Source: Ignavibacteriota bacterium
Lineage (GTDB): Bacteria > Bacteroidota > Ignavibacteria > UBA10030 > UBA6906
Direction of reading: 5' to 3'
Length of the DNA: 64,000 nt
Assembly (NCBI GenBank): GCA_963801355.1
Contig: CAWDEM010000004.1
Span: 928,001-992,000, forward strand
The notes under the pieces are model-generated. The model did not search any database and was not told where the DNA came from. It saw only the letters and a program-made list of their open reading frames with translations. Positions 1 to 10,314 of the stretch are shown in pieces (the stretch's first letter is position 1; the number at the start of each line of letters is the position of its first letter). A program made the translations under genes and the position numbers.

Positions 1-1020
1 GGCTCTGTGATGAAGGATGATATTGTGACCAGGGAAAGCTCCGCTTTCTTCATGAAACTGGCCGATGAAGTTGTCGGCGATCCCCGCCTCCTTCTCCGGG
101 ATGACTCTTCCGCAACGGCCACAGCAACAGTGCGGGTGAAGAACGTATTCGCCGCTCCGCTCCACGGGAACCTCCGATGGGTCCTCTCCCCGGAAATGTT
201 CACGCTGGATCGGTATGAACGGGAATTTGTGCTTGCGCCGGGTGACCGGGCCGACCTCCGTTTCGCATTCACCGCGCGCGCCGGGTCCACTTCTGCATTT
301 ACCACCCGACCCAGACCCCGTTTTGAATGCACTCTCCGCCTCGGTGATTCGGCACTCGGGCCCCCCGTCACCAAAGAACTGGTCATCGTACACACCGTAG
401 CGTCTGTGCAACTGCACGGACGCATGGCCATCGATGGCAATCTGGCCGACTGGCCGGGCTCGTGGCCGATCACGATTGCATCCCGTAGCCAGGTAACGCT
501 TGTGCCCGGACGATGGGCCGGGCCACAGGAGTCATCGGGCGAATTTGCGGTCGCTCTGGGTGACTCGGAGCTCTATTTCGCCGGCCGTGTGGTTGATCCC
601 GACATCCTGCATGCAAGCCGCGAAGCTGAGCCGTATCAGGCCGATGCTGTCTCGCTCTACCTCGACCTTCGTGATTCCCTCAGTTTTCAACAACGATTCT
701 TCACCGACGGCATCTTCCTTGCGGTGTTTGCACCGGAATCCGACGATCACCGGAAGGCCTACTGGATATCGGTCTATCCCAATGCGCATCCGATGAAAGA
801 TATCAGGTTCGGATCACAACGTACGGATGACGAGTACACCGTTGAAGCGTCAATCCCGCTCCGGGAATTACCCCATTTCCCCGGGAGGGGATCAACCGTT
901 GGCCTGGACGTGTGCATCGACAACCTTCAGGCAAACGGCAACCGGACCAGACTGCTCTGGAACGGGATATGGGCGAATTTCATGTATGCCAATCGTTACG
1001 GACTTCTCCATCTCCGGTGA
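1..1020 (+). CDS. C-terminal part of a protein with a CBM9/DOMON-like sugar-binding domain (probably truncated by the window start)
   Basis: Frame is open from base 1. Motifs IDGNLADW, LYFAGRVVD, DAVSLYLD, YTVEASIPL and GLDVCIDN are typical of CBM9-like DOMON domains. Confidence 0.6.
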   Translation, partial: GSVMKDDIVTRESSAFFMKLADEVVGDPRLLLRDDSSATATATVRVKNVFAAPLHGNLRWVLSPEMFTLDRYEREFVLAPGDRADLRFAFTARAGSTSAFTTRPRPRFECTLRLGDSALGPPVTKELVIVHTVASVQLHGRMAIDGNLADWPGSWPITIASRSQVTLVPGRWAGPQESSGEFAVALGDSELYFAGRVVDPDILHASREAEPYQADAVSLYLDLRDSLSFQQRFFTDGIFLAVFAPESDDHRKAYWISVYPNAHPMKDIRFGSQRTDDEYTVEASIPLRELPHFPGRGSTVGLDVCIDNLQANGNRTRLLWNGIWANFMYANRYGLLHLR

Positions 1021-1042
1021 AGCGGAAAAACGGATCATACCC

Positions 1043-2071
1043 ATGAGCGACACAACGGAGTGGTCGGCGCGGGTGCGGAAGATGCCCAAGGTGGAACTCC
1101 ATCTCCATCTTGAAGGTGCCTTCACGCTCGAGACGCTCCTCAGGCTCATCAGGAAGCATGAGCCCTCCTCGTCGATCCACTCGACGGATGATCTGCAGGC
1201 GCGGTTGACCTACACCGACTTCTCCGGTTTCATCGATGCGTGGAACTGGAAGAATTCCTTTTTTCGGTCTGGCAAAGACTTTGAGCTCCTGGCATACCAT
1301 ACGCTCGAGTCGCTGAGCCGGCAGAATGTTCTGTATGTTGAGCCGTTCTTTTCACCCTGGGATTTCGAGGACAACGGCATCAGTATGGAAGAGATCACGG
1401 AGTCCATTCTCGCCGGCTGCGCCCGCGCGACGCGCGACTCCGGTATCGAATGGAATCTCATCGCCGATATCAACCGGGAGCACGGTCCGGAAAAGGGAAT
1501 GGCACGGATCGAACAGATTCTCCGGTACCGTGACCGCGGGGTGATCGGCGTCGGGTTGGGGGGGAGGGAGAAAGAATATCCGGCGGAGCGATTTGCACAG
1601 GTCTACGCGCAGGCGGACCGGGGGCGCTTGCTGCTCACCGCGCACGCAGGCGAAGCGGATGGACCGGCATCGATCCGGGCGGCGCTCGACCGGCTTCACG
1701 TCCATCGCATCGGGCACGGCATCAGGGCGCGCGAGGATGACGCTTTGATGGCACAGCTGGCTGAACGGAAGATACCGCTCGAAGTGTGTATCACCAGCAA
1801 TGTGAAGACGGGCGTGGTGCCGTCGTTGCGCGGGCATCCGGTGCGCACACTCTTCGACCGGCATCTGTATGTCACGATCAACAGTGATGACCCCACAATG
1901 TTTGATTGCTCTCTCACGGGAGAATATCTCTTGCTGCTCGAGCAGCTGGGATTCACGCCCGCCGAGATCAAAACCCTGAGCCTGAACGGAGTCACGGCAT
2001 CGGGGCTGGATGAGCATGCGAAGCTGAAGCTCTGTTCTCGCTTCGAGGAATTCTGGACGCAGTATCTCTGA
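1043..2071 (+). CDS. add: Adenosine/adenine deaminase family metallo-amidohydrolase
   Basis: PKVELHLHLEG, HAGE, RIGHG and NSDDP motifs. Start moved to ATG 1043, just after the upstream stop. Confidence 0.88.
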   Translation: MSDTTEWSARVRKMPKVELHLHLEGAFTLETLLRLIRKHEPSSSIHSTDDLQARLTYTDFSGFIDAWNWKNSFFRSGKDFELLAYHTLESLSRQNVLYVEPFFSPWDFEDNGISMEEITESILAGCARATRDSGIEWNLIADINREHGPEKGMARIEQILRYRDRGVIGVGLGGREKEYPAERFAQVYAQADRGRLLLTAHAGEADGPASIRAALDRLHVHRIGHGIRAREDDALMAQLAERKIPLEVCITSNVKTGVVPSLRGHPVRTLFDRHLYVTINSDDPTMFDCSLTGEYLLLLEQLGFTPAEIKTLSLNGVTASGLDEHAKLKLCSRFEEFWTQYL

Positions 2072-2092
2072 AACAGATCAAGGAATGTTCCC

Positions 2093-3025
2093 ATGAAGAA
2101 GCTCACGCACGTTCCCGGACAGAACATCGCGGGCATTGTCTGCTTGATGGTCCTGGCTGCCTCTCCGCTGTTCGGGCAGATCAGGATTGTCAGCCTTTCG
2201 CCGACGCCTACCGAAATTGTGTACGCGCTGGGGGCCGGAGGACAGCTCGTCGGCGCCACCAGCGTGTGCATCGAGCCCCCGGAAGTCCTGCGCGACATTG
2301 CAGAAGGCAGGGTGAAAATCGTCAGCAACTTCAACACTACAGACTTCGCCTTGATCGACTCCCTGAAGCCCGGCCTGATTCTCACGGATACGGACTTCCA
2401 GCGTAAAATTACCGCGGAGCTTCGCGCCAAAGGCTACAAAGTGCTCCACTATGTTCCCAGGACTCTGCGCGATGTCTTCCAGAGTATGGAGGAGATCGGT
2501 GAAGCTATCGGGAAGGGCGCGTACGCCCGCCAGCTGACCGCGCAGTACTGGGCCGAGATCGATTCCATTAAAGCGAAAAGCCGGACCCTCCAGAAAACCC
2601 GCGTCTATATAGAGATCAACCATATCGGTCCGTGGGCGGTGGGCGCGATTTCTCCGCTGAACGATCTCATCGAGGCCGCCGGTGGACAGAACATCTTTGC
2701 CGACAGCGCCTGCGGGGTGTTCAAAACGACGAACGAAGAGATCGTCCGCCGGAACCCGGAAGTGATTCTTTCTCCCATCTGGCTTCATGCAAAGCTGGGG
2801 CGGTACGATGGGATTACACCGCTTGCTGAGATCTATGCGCGCAAAGGATATGACTCCACCGCGGCTGTTCAGCGGAGCCGCGTACTCTACTATGATTCCG
2901 CCCTGCTGAAGCATGAAGGTCCCCGCCAGGTGCTGGCGATCCGCAAGCTGGCGCGCATTCTGCATCCCGAGGTCTTTCCGGACCCCCCGGGAACGATCCC
3001 CTGGGAGCTCGGATGGATCAGATGA
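2093..3025 (+). CDS. Cobalamin/Fe-siderophore type periplasmic binding protein (BtuF-like)
   Basis: Signal peptide, RIVSLSPTPTEIVYALG, NPEVIL and C-terminal GPR motifs. Confidence 0.8.
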   Translation: MKKLTHVPGQNIAGIVCLMVLAASPLFGQIRIVSLSPTPTEIVYALGAGGQLVGATSVCIEPPEVLRDIAEGRVKIVSNFNTTDFALIDSLKPGLILTDTDFQRKITAELRAKGYKVLHYVPRTLRDVFQSMEEIGEAIGKGAYARQLTAQYWAEIDSIKAKSRTLQKTRVYIEINHIGPWAVGAISPLNDLIEAAGGQNIFADSACGVFKTTNEEIVRRNPEVILSPIWLHAKLGRYDGITPLAEIYARKGYDSTAAVQRSRVLYYDSALLKHEGPRQVLAIRKLARILHPEVFPDPPGTIPWELGWIR

Positions 3026-4278
3026 ACGAGGCAGCCACAGTATCGGAGACAAAAGACACCGCGATGAAGCAAGAATTTCTCGTTGCCAATCCTGATCTGG
3101 CGCCGGAAGGGCGCCGCAAAATCGAATGGGTGGCCCCCCGGATGCCGGTGCTCAACCGTTTGTGCGACCGTTTTCGCGCGGACGATGTTTTCCAGGGGAG
3201 GACCCTCGCCGTTTCCGTCCACCTCGAAGCAAAGACCGCCTACCTCTGCCTGGTGATGAAGAAGCTCGGGGCGGATGTGTGGGCGACGGGGAGCAACCCC
3301 TTCTCCACCAAAGACGACGTGACGGCCGCCCTGGTCGAAGAAGGTATCCACGTCTTCGCGCGCCACGGGGTCAGCGAGCAGGAGCACCGGACCGAATTGG
3401 CATTCATCACGAACGCGAGACCCGAAGCAGTGCTCGACGACGGAGCGGATCTTTGTATGGCGCTCCATGCGCAGCCCGAGCGCGGCAACCGGCTCAGAGG
3501 CCTCAGCGAAGAGACGACGACCGGGGTGCGCCGCCTCCAGCATCTTGCCGCGGAGGGGAAACTGCTCTTTCCCGCGATCACCGTGAACAATGCGAAATCC
3601 AAGCACCTCTTCGACAACCGGTATGGCACCGGACAGTCGACCTGGACAGCCATCACGCACCTGACGAATATGAACGTCGCCGGGCGGACGGTGGTGATTC
3701 TCGGCTACGGCTGGGTGGGGATGGGTGTTGCCTCTCAAGCGCGGGGCATGGGGGCGCACGTTGTGGTGACGGAGGTCGATCCCTGGAAGGCTCTGGAAGC
3801 CCACATGGATGGATTCACGGTGATGCCGCTGGAATCGGCAGCGCGCATCGGCCACATCTTTGTCACGGCGACCGGACTGGAAGGAATCTTGCGGACGGAG
3901 CATATCGCGCTAATGCCCGAGGGCGCGCTGATCGCCAATGCCGGCCATTCCGACCTGGAAACCGATGTCCCCGGCCTTCGCACAATAGCCAGGTCGGTAC
4001 GGGAAGCACGGGAGAATGTCTACGGCTATCTTCTCCCGAACGGAAGGAATGTCTTTCTGCTTGCCGACGGACGCATCGTGAATATCGCCGGCGGATTCGG
4101 TCATCCCGTAGAAATTATGGATATGTCCTTCTCACTCCAGCTGGCGTCGCTCCACTATTTGTTGCGCACTCCACAGCGCGATCCCGGGATCTACGCTCTG
4201 CCCACGGAGATCGACGAACTTGTGGCCAGGGAAAAACTCGCCGCCGAAGGAGTGGCAATTGACGCAGTAAAGAGTTGA
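3022..4278 (+). CDS. ahcY: Adenosylhomocysteinase family protein (short archaeal-like form; possibly S-inosylhomocysteine hydrolase)
   Basis: HLEAKT, DDGADL, EETTTG, KHLFDNRYGTGQS, GYGWVG and GHPVEIMDMSF motifs. ATGA overlap with the upstream stop. Confidence 0.9.
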   Translation: MNEAATVSETKDTAMKQEFLVANPDLAPEGRRKIEWVAPRMPVLNRLCDRFRADDVFQGRTLAVSVHLEAKTAYLCLVMKKLGADVWATGSNPFSTKDDVTAALVEEGIHVFARHGVSEQEHRTELAFITNARPEAVLDDGADLCMALHAQPERGNRLRGLSEETTTGVRRLQHLAAEGKLLFPAITVNNAKSKHLFDNRYGTGQSTWTAITHLTNMNVAGRTVVILGYGWVGMGVASQARGMGAHVVVTEVDPWKALEAHMDGFTVMPLESAARIGHIFVTATGLEGILRTEHIALMPEGALIANAGHSDLETDVPGLRTIARSVREARENVYGYLLPNGRNVFLLADGRIVNIAGGFGHPVEIMDMSFSLQLASLHYLLRTPQRDPGIYALPTEIDELVAREKLAAEGVAIDAVKS

Positions 4279-4311
4279 CATTCTCAGATCTCAGTGTATC
4301 ATGGAGGCAAT

Positions 4312-6195
4312 ATGAAGCATTTCCTGTGTACATCGCTGGCGTTGTTCGCGCTGTCGGCAGTCCTGCTTGTCGCACCGGCGGCTTCGCAGCAGGACACACT
4401 CAAGCTTTCGGAAAAAGTCTCCACGTCGGAGGCCGTGCTGACGCGGGCGGACTTCAAGCGACTGGCGTGTGAGAATGTCGGGGACGCGCTGAAGAATATC
4501 ACCGGCGTGTATGTCCGCAATGGCCAAATTGCACTCCGCGATGTGGCCCCGGACAAAGTGGTGATTCTCCTTGACAATCAGCGTTTGAACACCGCTCAGG
4601 GAGGAGGCGTCGATGTCATCACCCTCCCGATCGATATCGTGGAAAAAGTAGAAGTTATCCGCGGGGGAAGTTCGGCATTGTACGGTGCGGATGCAGTCGG
4701 AGGCGTCATCAAGATCACGACACGGGGAAAATCCACGGAACAGGCAAGCCAGATCAACGCCAATGCGCATGTGACTGTCGCGTCCTTTCATACGTTTGTG
4801 ACAGCCCTGGATCTGGCACACCGGATCGACCATCTGAACTACCTGGTATCATACAAGCGGACCACATCCCGCGGGGACTACGACTACGTGACGCCCACGA
4901 CCGGCGTCAAAGGCCCCTGGCTGAACAACGACCAATCCATCCATGACCTGTTTCTCAAAGGGTCCTATGCACTCTCCGACGAAGCAACCTTTGCACTCTC
5001 CGGCAGCATGTACAATGCGGGCACGGGAGCCCCGGGGATCATCGATCAATTGACTCCGTTTGCGCGATTGGGCTACAACAACAAGAACATCAATGCCGCC
5101 TATGACCAGGCGAACGTCTTCGGCAACTTTGGCCTGAAGGTGCAGACGTATTTCCTCTTCTTTGAGTTGACGTACAAGAATCCCGTGGGCATTGCGCCAT
5201 CGGATAGCAAGCATGACAACGACGCGATTTCGTTTGAGGTCCAACAGACCGGGTCCGTCAGCGATCATCTCGAACTTGCCTACGGCTACACGTATCGTCA
5301 TGACAAGCTCACGAGCACAGATATCGGCAGACGCGACCGTAACAACCATGCCGCGTATACTATGGCCACGGTGGGTTTCAAGGAGATCCCCTTCTTCTTT
5401 GACGAGATGTCCATTACCCCGGCGCTGCGCTACGACTATCCCTCCGACTTCCGCGCAGAGTGGAGCCCGAAGATTTCGGTGGTGCTCAAGCACAGTGGTA
5501 CCTTTTCACTCACGCTCAAGTCGCACGTCACCCGTTCCTACCGGGCCCCGACGTTCAACGACCTCTATTGGCCGAAGGACAGCTATTCAGAGGGAAACCC
5601 GAACCTCGTTCCGGAGATCGGCGTGAACTACGACGCCGGCATTTCAATCAGCTACCCCCTGCTGGGTGAAGTCACGTTGAGCAGCAACTATTACGTCAAC
5701 AACCTTGATAATCTGATTCTCTGGGCCCCCGGGGGCGACGGTCTCTGGCGCCCGAGCAACATTTCGAAGACTGAAGGGCACGGTATCGAGACCGCGTTCC
5801 GGTGGAAACCCCTTGGTGATGTTCTCGAGCTGGGTGCGGACTACACCTATATGCAGGCCCTCGACAAAAGCGAGTCCAAGGCGACGCGAAACAAAGACCT
5901 TATTTACCGGCCGCGCAACAAATTTGATATCACGCTGGGGCTCCGCCTGTTTGGAGTCGAGCTCAATGTGATGGATCACTTTGTGGGGAAACGGTACACG
6001 ACAGCGGCAAATACGAAGTGGCTCGATGCCTATAATGTTGTCGACGGCAATATCGGTTATTCCTTCAAAGCATGGGATTTCAACTGGTCGCTCAAATTCG
6101 AAACGAACAATCTCGCCGACCTCAATTACACGGCGGTGGAGGGGTCCCCTGTGCCCGGCCGTGAACTGCGGTTTACGCTCGGGTGCGGATTCTGA
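4312..6195 (+). CDS. TonB-dependent receptor, BtuB-like
   Basis: GGAGG RBS, signal peptide, plug motif VEVIRGGSSALYGADAVGGVI, RAPTFNDLYW, terminal Phe. Confidence 0.88.
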   Translation: MKHFLCTSLALFALSAVLLVAPAASQQDTLKLSEKVSTSEAVLTRADFKRLACENVGDALKNITGVYVRNGQIALRDVAPDKVVILLDNQRLNTAQGGGVDVITLPIDIVEKVEVIRGGSSALYGADAVGGVIKITTRGKSTEQASQINANAHVTVASFHTFVTALDLAHRIDHLNYLVSYKRTTSRGDYDYVTPTTGVKGPWLNNDQSIHDLFLKGSYALSDEATFALSGSMYNAGTGAPGIIDQLTPFARLGYNNKNINAAYDQANVFGNFGLKVQTYFLFFELTYKNPVGIAPSDSKHDNDAISFEVQQTGSVSDHLELAYGYTYRHDKLTSTDIGRRDRNNHAAYTMATVGFKEIPFFFDEMSITPALRYDYPSDFRAEWSPKISVVLKHSGTFSLTLKSHVTRSYRAPTFNDLYWPKDSYSEGNPNLVPEIGVNYDAGISISYPLLGEVTLSSNYYVNNLDNLILWAPGGDGLWRPSNISKTEGHGIETAFRWKPLGDVLELGADYTYMQALDKSESKATRNKDLIYRPRNKFDITLGLRLFGVELNVMDHFVGKRYTTAANTKWLDAYNVVDGNIGYSFKAWDFNWSLKFETNNLADLNYTAVEGSPVPGRELRFTLGCGF

Positions 6196-6218
6196 TTTCC
6201 TTTCGTGAAGGTCGATCA

Positions 6219-8447
6219 ATGTCAAAGCTCCTGGTTCTTGTTGTCTTGATCCTCTGCAGCTCTGTGCCATTGCAGGCGCAGGACGGCGGCGTGGTGTCCG
6301 GAAGGGTGTTGGAAAAAACCTCCCGGCACCCGATTCCGGGAGCGAACGTCTTCGTCGAGGGGACAGTCCTCGGGGTGTGCACCAACGGAGAGGGATACTT
6401 CGAGATTACGGCTGTTCCTCCGGGACCACACCGTATCCGTGCGAGCGCCGTGGGGTATGCCGCGTCGACAGCCGACATTGTCGTTTCCGGGCAGAATGGC
6501 GCGACCCTGATCTTCCGCCTGGAGGAGACGGTCTACCAGGTGAACCCCGTGACCGTGACGGCAACACGGGAACGCTCGCTGGTGAGCGACGTGCCCGCCG
6601 TCGTGGATGTGATTCCCGCACGAGAGCTGGAGCAGCGGAACATACAGGATATCGGCCAGGCTGTGGAGCGGCTTCCCGGTGTGCGCGTGAACACGTATGG
6701 CACGCTGGGCGACCTGAAAACGGTCTCCATCCGCGGATCCACCGCGAGCCAGGTGCTTGTGCTCGTGGATGGACAGCGAGTGAACAACGCCCAGACAGGT
6801 CAGGTGGACCTCAGCACGATTCCAACGGAGGGGATCGAGACCATCGAGGTGGTGCGCGGCGGGACATCCGCCCTGTACGGGGCGGACGCTGTCGGCGGGG
6901 TCATCAACGTCATCACGAAATCCCATCCGCACGAGTCATCGTTCGCTGCCGGGGCGAACGTCACCGGCGGATCATTCGGCATGAGGGGTCTGGAGGTAAA
7001 CTCGACTCTTTCCAGCGAGGCCACGTTCGGCTTCCTGTCGTACAAGTATCTCGTCACCGATGGGGACTTTGAGTACACCACGCCCCTCGGCGAAAGACAG
7101 AAGAGACAGAATGCGGATTTCCGTTCCCACAGCCTCTTTGGAAAAGCCAAATGGACTCTCGGAGAAGAAGGCCTGGGCGGATCGATTGCGGCATCCGCAC
7201 AGGCCCACTTTGCGCGATCGGGATCTCCCGGCTCGATTGAACAGCCCAAGTATGATGCCCGCAAAAAGGAAGGAGATCAGTCCGTCAATCTGGTGTTTGA
7301 GCACAAGCTCGGATCGCCCTACAACAGTGTGAAGCTGCAATCGTACGTTATGAATTCCGAGTACAACTACGATGATGCCGGATCGGCGTATCCCGAGCAT
7401 TCATACAGCCACAACATCGCATGGGGAGCAGAAGCGCAGGCAAAACTCATTGCGACGGACTGGAGTACCGTGACGGGGGGGTATGCTGTCAGACGCGACT
7501 ATTTGTCCGGCACCACTACGGTCACACCGCCGCGGCGGACGCTGCACAGCATCTACGCCCAGACCGAGCTCTCACCGCTTCTCGGCAGCAGTAGTTTCCT
7601 CCGGAGGGTTATCGCCATCCCTGCGGTGCGGTGGGACAGTTTCTCCGATTTTGGCGAGGAGATAAGTCCGAAGATCGGCGTCGTGCTGAGTGCCGGGACT
7701 GTCTGGCAAGCTTCACTGAAGACCAACTACGGATCATCCTTCCGGGCTCCTTCGTTCAACGACCTGTATTGGCCGAAGGACGCATTCTCGGCTGGAAATC
7801 CGGAGTTGAAGCCGGAGTTGGGGAAGGACTTCGATGCCGGGTTCATGGTGCGCCTGCCTCTCCTTGTCGGTCTGGGCATCGACGCCACGTATTTTCACAA
7901 CACCGTCGATGATCTGATTCTGTGGCAACAGGGGGCGGGCGGGCTCTGGAGCCCGACGAACGTGGGCAAGGCAAACATCAGCGGCCTTGAGTCGAGGGTG
8001 TCACTGGACCCCTGGAAGGGGCTCCTGCGTGTGGAGTGGACCTACACCTATCTGGATGCACGGAACAAGACGGAGAAGCACACGGAGTATGACAAGAGAC
8101 TACCCTACCGCTCCCGTCATGCGCACACGCTCTCGGCCGGCGCGACATGGGGTGACCTGTCCGCGCTTGTGGAGTTTTCCTACTTCTCCTCCCGGTACAC
8201 GAACACGGCGAACACGATTCTTCTGGATCCCTATCATGTCACGAATGTCATTGCAGGCGCCACTATCCTGCATGACCCGGTGTCGGCGGACCTGAAGCTG
8301 GAAATCAGAAACCTCGAGGACCTGGAGTACAAGGCGATGGAAGGATTTCCCATGCCGGGGAGGGAATTGCGTCTCTCCCTGAACGTCAAGTTTGCACAGC
8401 TGTACGATGCACATCAAACCCAAGGAGAGCAAATTGGGAAACCATAA
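6219..8447 (+). CDS. TonB-dependent receptor with N-terminal carboxypeptidase-regulatory-like domain, BtuB-like
   Basis: GRVLEK...PIPGANV N-domain, IEVVRGGTSALYGADAVGGVINVIT, RAPSFNDLYW. Confidence 0.88.
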   Translation: MSKLLVLVVLILCSSVPLQAQDGGVVSGRVLEKTSRHPIPGANVFVEGTVLGVCTNGEGYFEITAVPPGPHRIRASAVGYAASTADIVVSGQNGATLIFRLEETVYQVNPVTVTATRERSLVSDVPAVVDVIPARELEQRNIQDIGQAVERLPGVRVNTYGTLGDLKTVSIRGSTASQVLVLVDGQRVNNAQTGQVDLSTIPTEGIETIEVVRGGTSALYGADAVGGVINVITKSHPHESSFAAGANVTGGSFGMRGLEVNSTLSSEATFGFLSYKYLVTDGDFEYTTPLGERQKRQNADFRSHSLFGKAKWTLGEEGLGGSIAASAQAHFARSGSPGSIEQPKYDARKKEGDQSVNLVFEHKLGSPYNSVKLQSYVMNSEYNYDDAGSAYPEHSYSHNIAWGAEAQAKLIATDWSTVTGGYAVRRDYLSGTTTVTPPRRTLHSIYAQTELSPLLGSSSFLRRVIAIPAVRWDSFSDFGEEISPKIGVVLSAGTVWQASLKTNYGSSFRAPSFNDLYWPKDAFSAGNPELKPELGKDFDAGFMVRLPLLVGLGIDATYFHNTVDDLILWQQGAGGLWSPTNVGKANISGLESRVSLDPWKGLLRVEWTYTYLDARNKTEKHTEYDKRLPYRSRHAHTLSAGATWGDLSALVEFSYFSSRYTNTANTILLDPYHVTNVIAGATILHDPVSADLKLEIRNLEDLEYKAMEGFPMPGRELRLSLNVKFAQLYDAHQTQGEQIGKP

Positions 8448-8496
8448 CAGCGGGAAGCTCTCTCACCGCTCATGTATGCATTTTAGAGGAGGAATC

Positions 8497-9507
8497 ATGA
8501 AACTCAAAACCTTTGTCCTCTTCACCCTCACCGTTGCCATCGGATTGCTTGCCGGCTGTGAGAAGAGCGACGATGAAGTGACCGCCCCGCCTGCCACCTC
8601 AAAGGCGGTGTACGTCCTCAACGGATTGGGGAAGACGCTTTCGGTGATCGATCTGAACACCGGTGTTGCCACAAACAACGTGGCAACCGTCGGCCTCTAC
8701 CCGAACCATGTGCTCTATTACAGCGGCAAGTTGTTCGTTGTGAACTCCGGGTCGAATACCGTCCAGGTCTTCAACGCGGACAGCTATGCGTTGTTGGGCA
8801 CGATTACCCTTGCGGCGAACAGCAACCCGATGACGATCGCCATTCTGAATGACACCAAGGGCTACGTTGCCTGCTCCATGTCCAACTCGGTGGTCGTGGT
8901 GAATCCAACGACGTTTGCGGTGGTGAAGACCATTGCGGCGGGGGTCGGCACGTCGGGCATCGCGATTGCCAACGCGAAGGTGTATGCCTCCAACACTGCA
9001 TTTGACGGCCAGACATATGCCTACGGGCAGGGAACGGTGACGGTGATCAATACGACGACGGATGCGGTGAGCACGACCCTCAACGTCAGCAAGAATCCCC
9101 AGGCGATTGCCATCGCTCCTGACGGGAAGCTTCATGTGCTGTGCAGCGGCGACTATGGTGCAACCGTGGGATCTGTTGCGGTGATTGATCCGAGTACGGA
9201 TGCCATTGTGAAAAATCTGACGATCGGCGGCAGTCCGGGAAACATCACGATCGCTTCGAACAACATGGCCTATTGCGGTCTCTTCGGGACCGGGTTGATC
9301 ACGTACAATGCGTCCACGTATGCCATCAAGGATTCTTCGACAAATCCGTTATTGAAGAAGGGTGGTTCGGGGACCGTGGTCGACCTGTCCGGCAATATTT
9401 ATGTGGCGGACTTTTCCGGTGACCAGGTGATCATGCTGGACAACACGTACGCGCAGAAGAAGGTGTATGACGTGGGGGATGGTCCGCTGTCGATGAGTCT
9501 GAAGTAG
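8497..9507 (+). CDS. YncE/BtuG-like beta-propeller lipoprotein
   Basis: GAGGAGG RBS, lipobox LLAG-C followed by acidic EKSDDE, repeated YV.N..S.TVSVID blades. Confidence 0.78.
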   Translation: MKLKTFVLFTLTVAIGLLAGCEKSDDEVTAPPATSKAVYVLNGLGKTLSVIDLNTGVATNNVATVGLYPNHVLYYSGKLFVVNSGSNTVQVFNADSYALLGTITLAANSNPMTIAILNDTKGYVACSMSNSVVVVNPTTFAVVKTIAAGVGTSGIAIANAKVYASNTAFDGQTYAYGQGTVTVINTTTDAVSTTLNVSKNPQAIAIAPDGKLHVLCSGDYGATVGSVAVIDPSTDAIVKNLTIGGSPGNITIASNNMAYCGLFGTGLITYNASTYAIKDSSTNPLLKKGGSGTVVDLSGNIYVADFSGDQVIMLDNTYAQKKVYDVGDGPLSMSLK

Positions 9508-9532
9508 CGGGTGATCCGCGGGACTGGATGTA

Positions 9533-9562
9533 TCCCTGGCGGGTCTGATGGCCCGCCAGGGA
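9533..9562. terminator. GC-rich hairpin between convergent genes (likely terminator)
   Basis: TCCCTGGCGGGTC-TGAT-GGCCCGCCAGGGA. Confidence 0.6.
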
Positions 9563-9570
9563 GCAGTTTC

Positions 9571-10314
9571 CTATACGATTTTTGCCCGGATATATTCCTC
9601 GTTCAGCCGTGCAATATGATCCACGGAGATGTGCTTCGGGCATTCCACTTCGCAGGCATAGGTATTTGAACACGCACCAAACCCTTCCGCGTCCATTTGC
9701 GCCAGCATCTGTTCCACGCGTTCTTTCCGTTCCGCGCGGCCCTGGGGCAGCAGGACGAGATGGGAGACCTTCGCAGCAACGAAGAGCATTGCCGAGCCGT
9801 TCGGGCATGTAGCGACGCACGCGCCGCAGCCGATGCATGCGGCGGCATCCATGGCCTCCTCGGAGTCGGCTTTGGGGACCGGGATGGAATTCGCTTCCGG
9901 AGCCGCCCCAGTGCGGACGGACACATACCCCCCGGCCTGCATGATGCGATCGAACGCTGTGCGGTCGACGATCAGGTCTTTGATGACCGGGAAGGGTCTG
10001 GCCCGCCAGGGTTCAACAACGATCGTATCGCCGTCCGGGAAACTGCGCATCCGCAGTTCACATGTGGTCTCACGCTGGTTCGGGCCGTGGGCGCGTCCTT
10101 TGATCATGATGCCGCAGCTGCCGCATATGCCTTCGCGGCAATCGTGATCAAATGCAACCGGTTCTTCGCCCTTCGTCACCAGATCCTCGTTCAGGATATC
10201 CAGCATCTCCAGAAACGAGGCGTCCGGAGAGATATCGCGCACGGTGTAGGTGACAAGCCCGCCCTCGGCCTGCCGGTTCTTCTGTCGCCAGATCTTGAGT
10301 GTGAAGTTCATCAC
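9571..10314 (-). CDS. sdhB: Succinate dehydrogenase/fumarate reductase Fe-S subunit
   Basis: [17 protein letters not shown] and [12 protein letters not shown] cysteine clusters. Confidence 0.95.
   Translation of the reverse strand: MMNFTLKIWRQKNRQAEGGLVTYTVRDISPDASFLEMLDILNEDLVTKGEEPVAFDHDCREGICGSCGIMIKGRAHGPNQRETTCELRMRSFPDGDTIVVEPWRARPFPVIKDLIVDRTAFDRIMQAGGYVSVRTGAAPEANSIPVPKADSEEAMDAAACIGCGACVATCPNGSAMLFVAAKVSHLVLLPQGRAERKERVEQMLAQMDAEGFGACSNTYACEVECPKHISVDHIARLNEEYIRAKIV

Noticed and set aside
1021-8500. Cobalamin riboswitch in the btu-like operon
   Set aside because: The intergenic gaps are too short and show no B12-box. One may lie upstream of the window.
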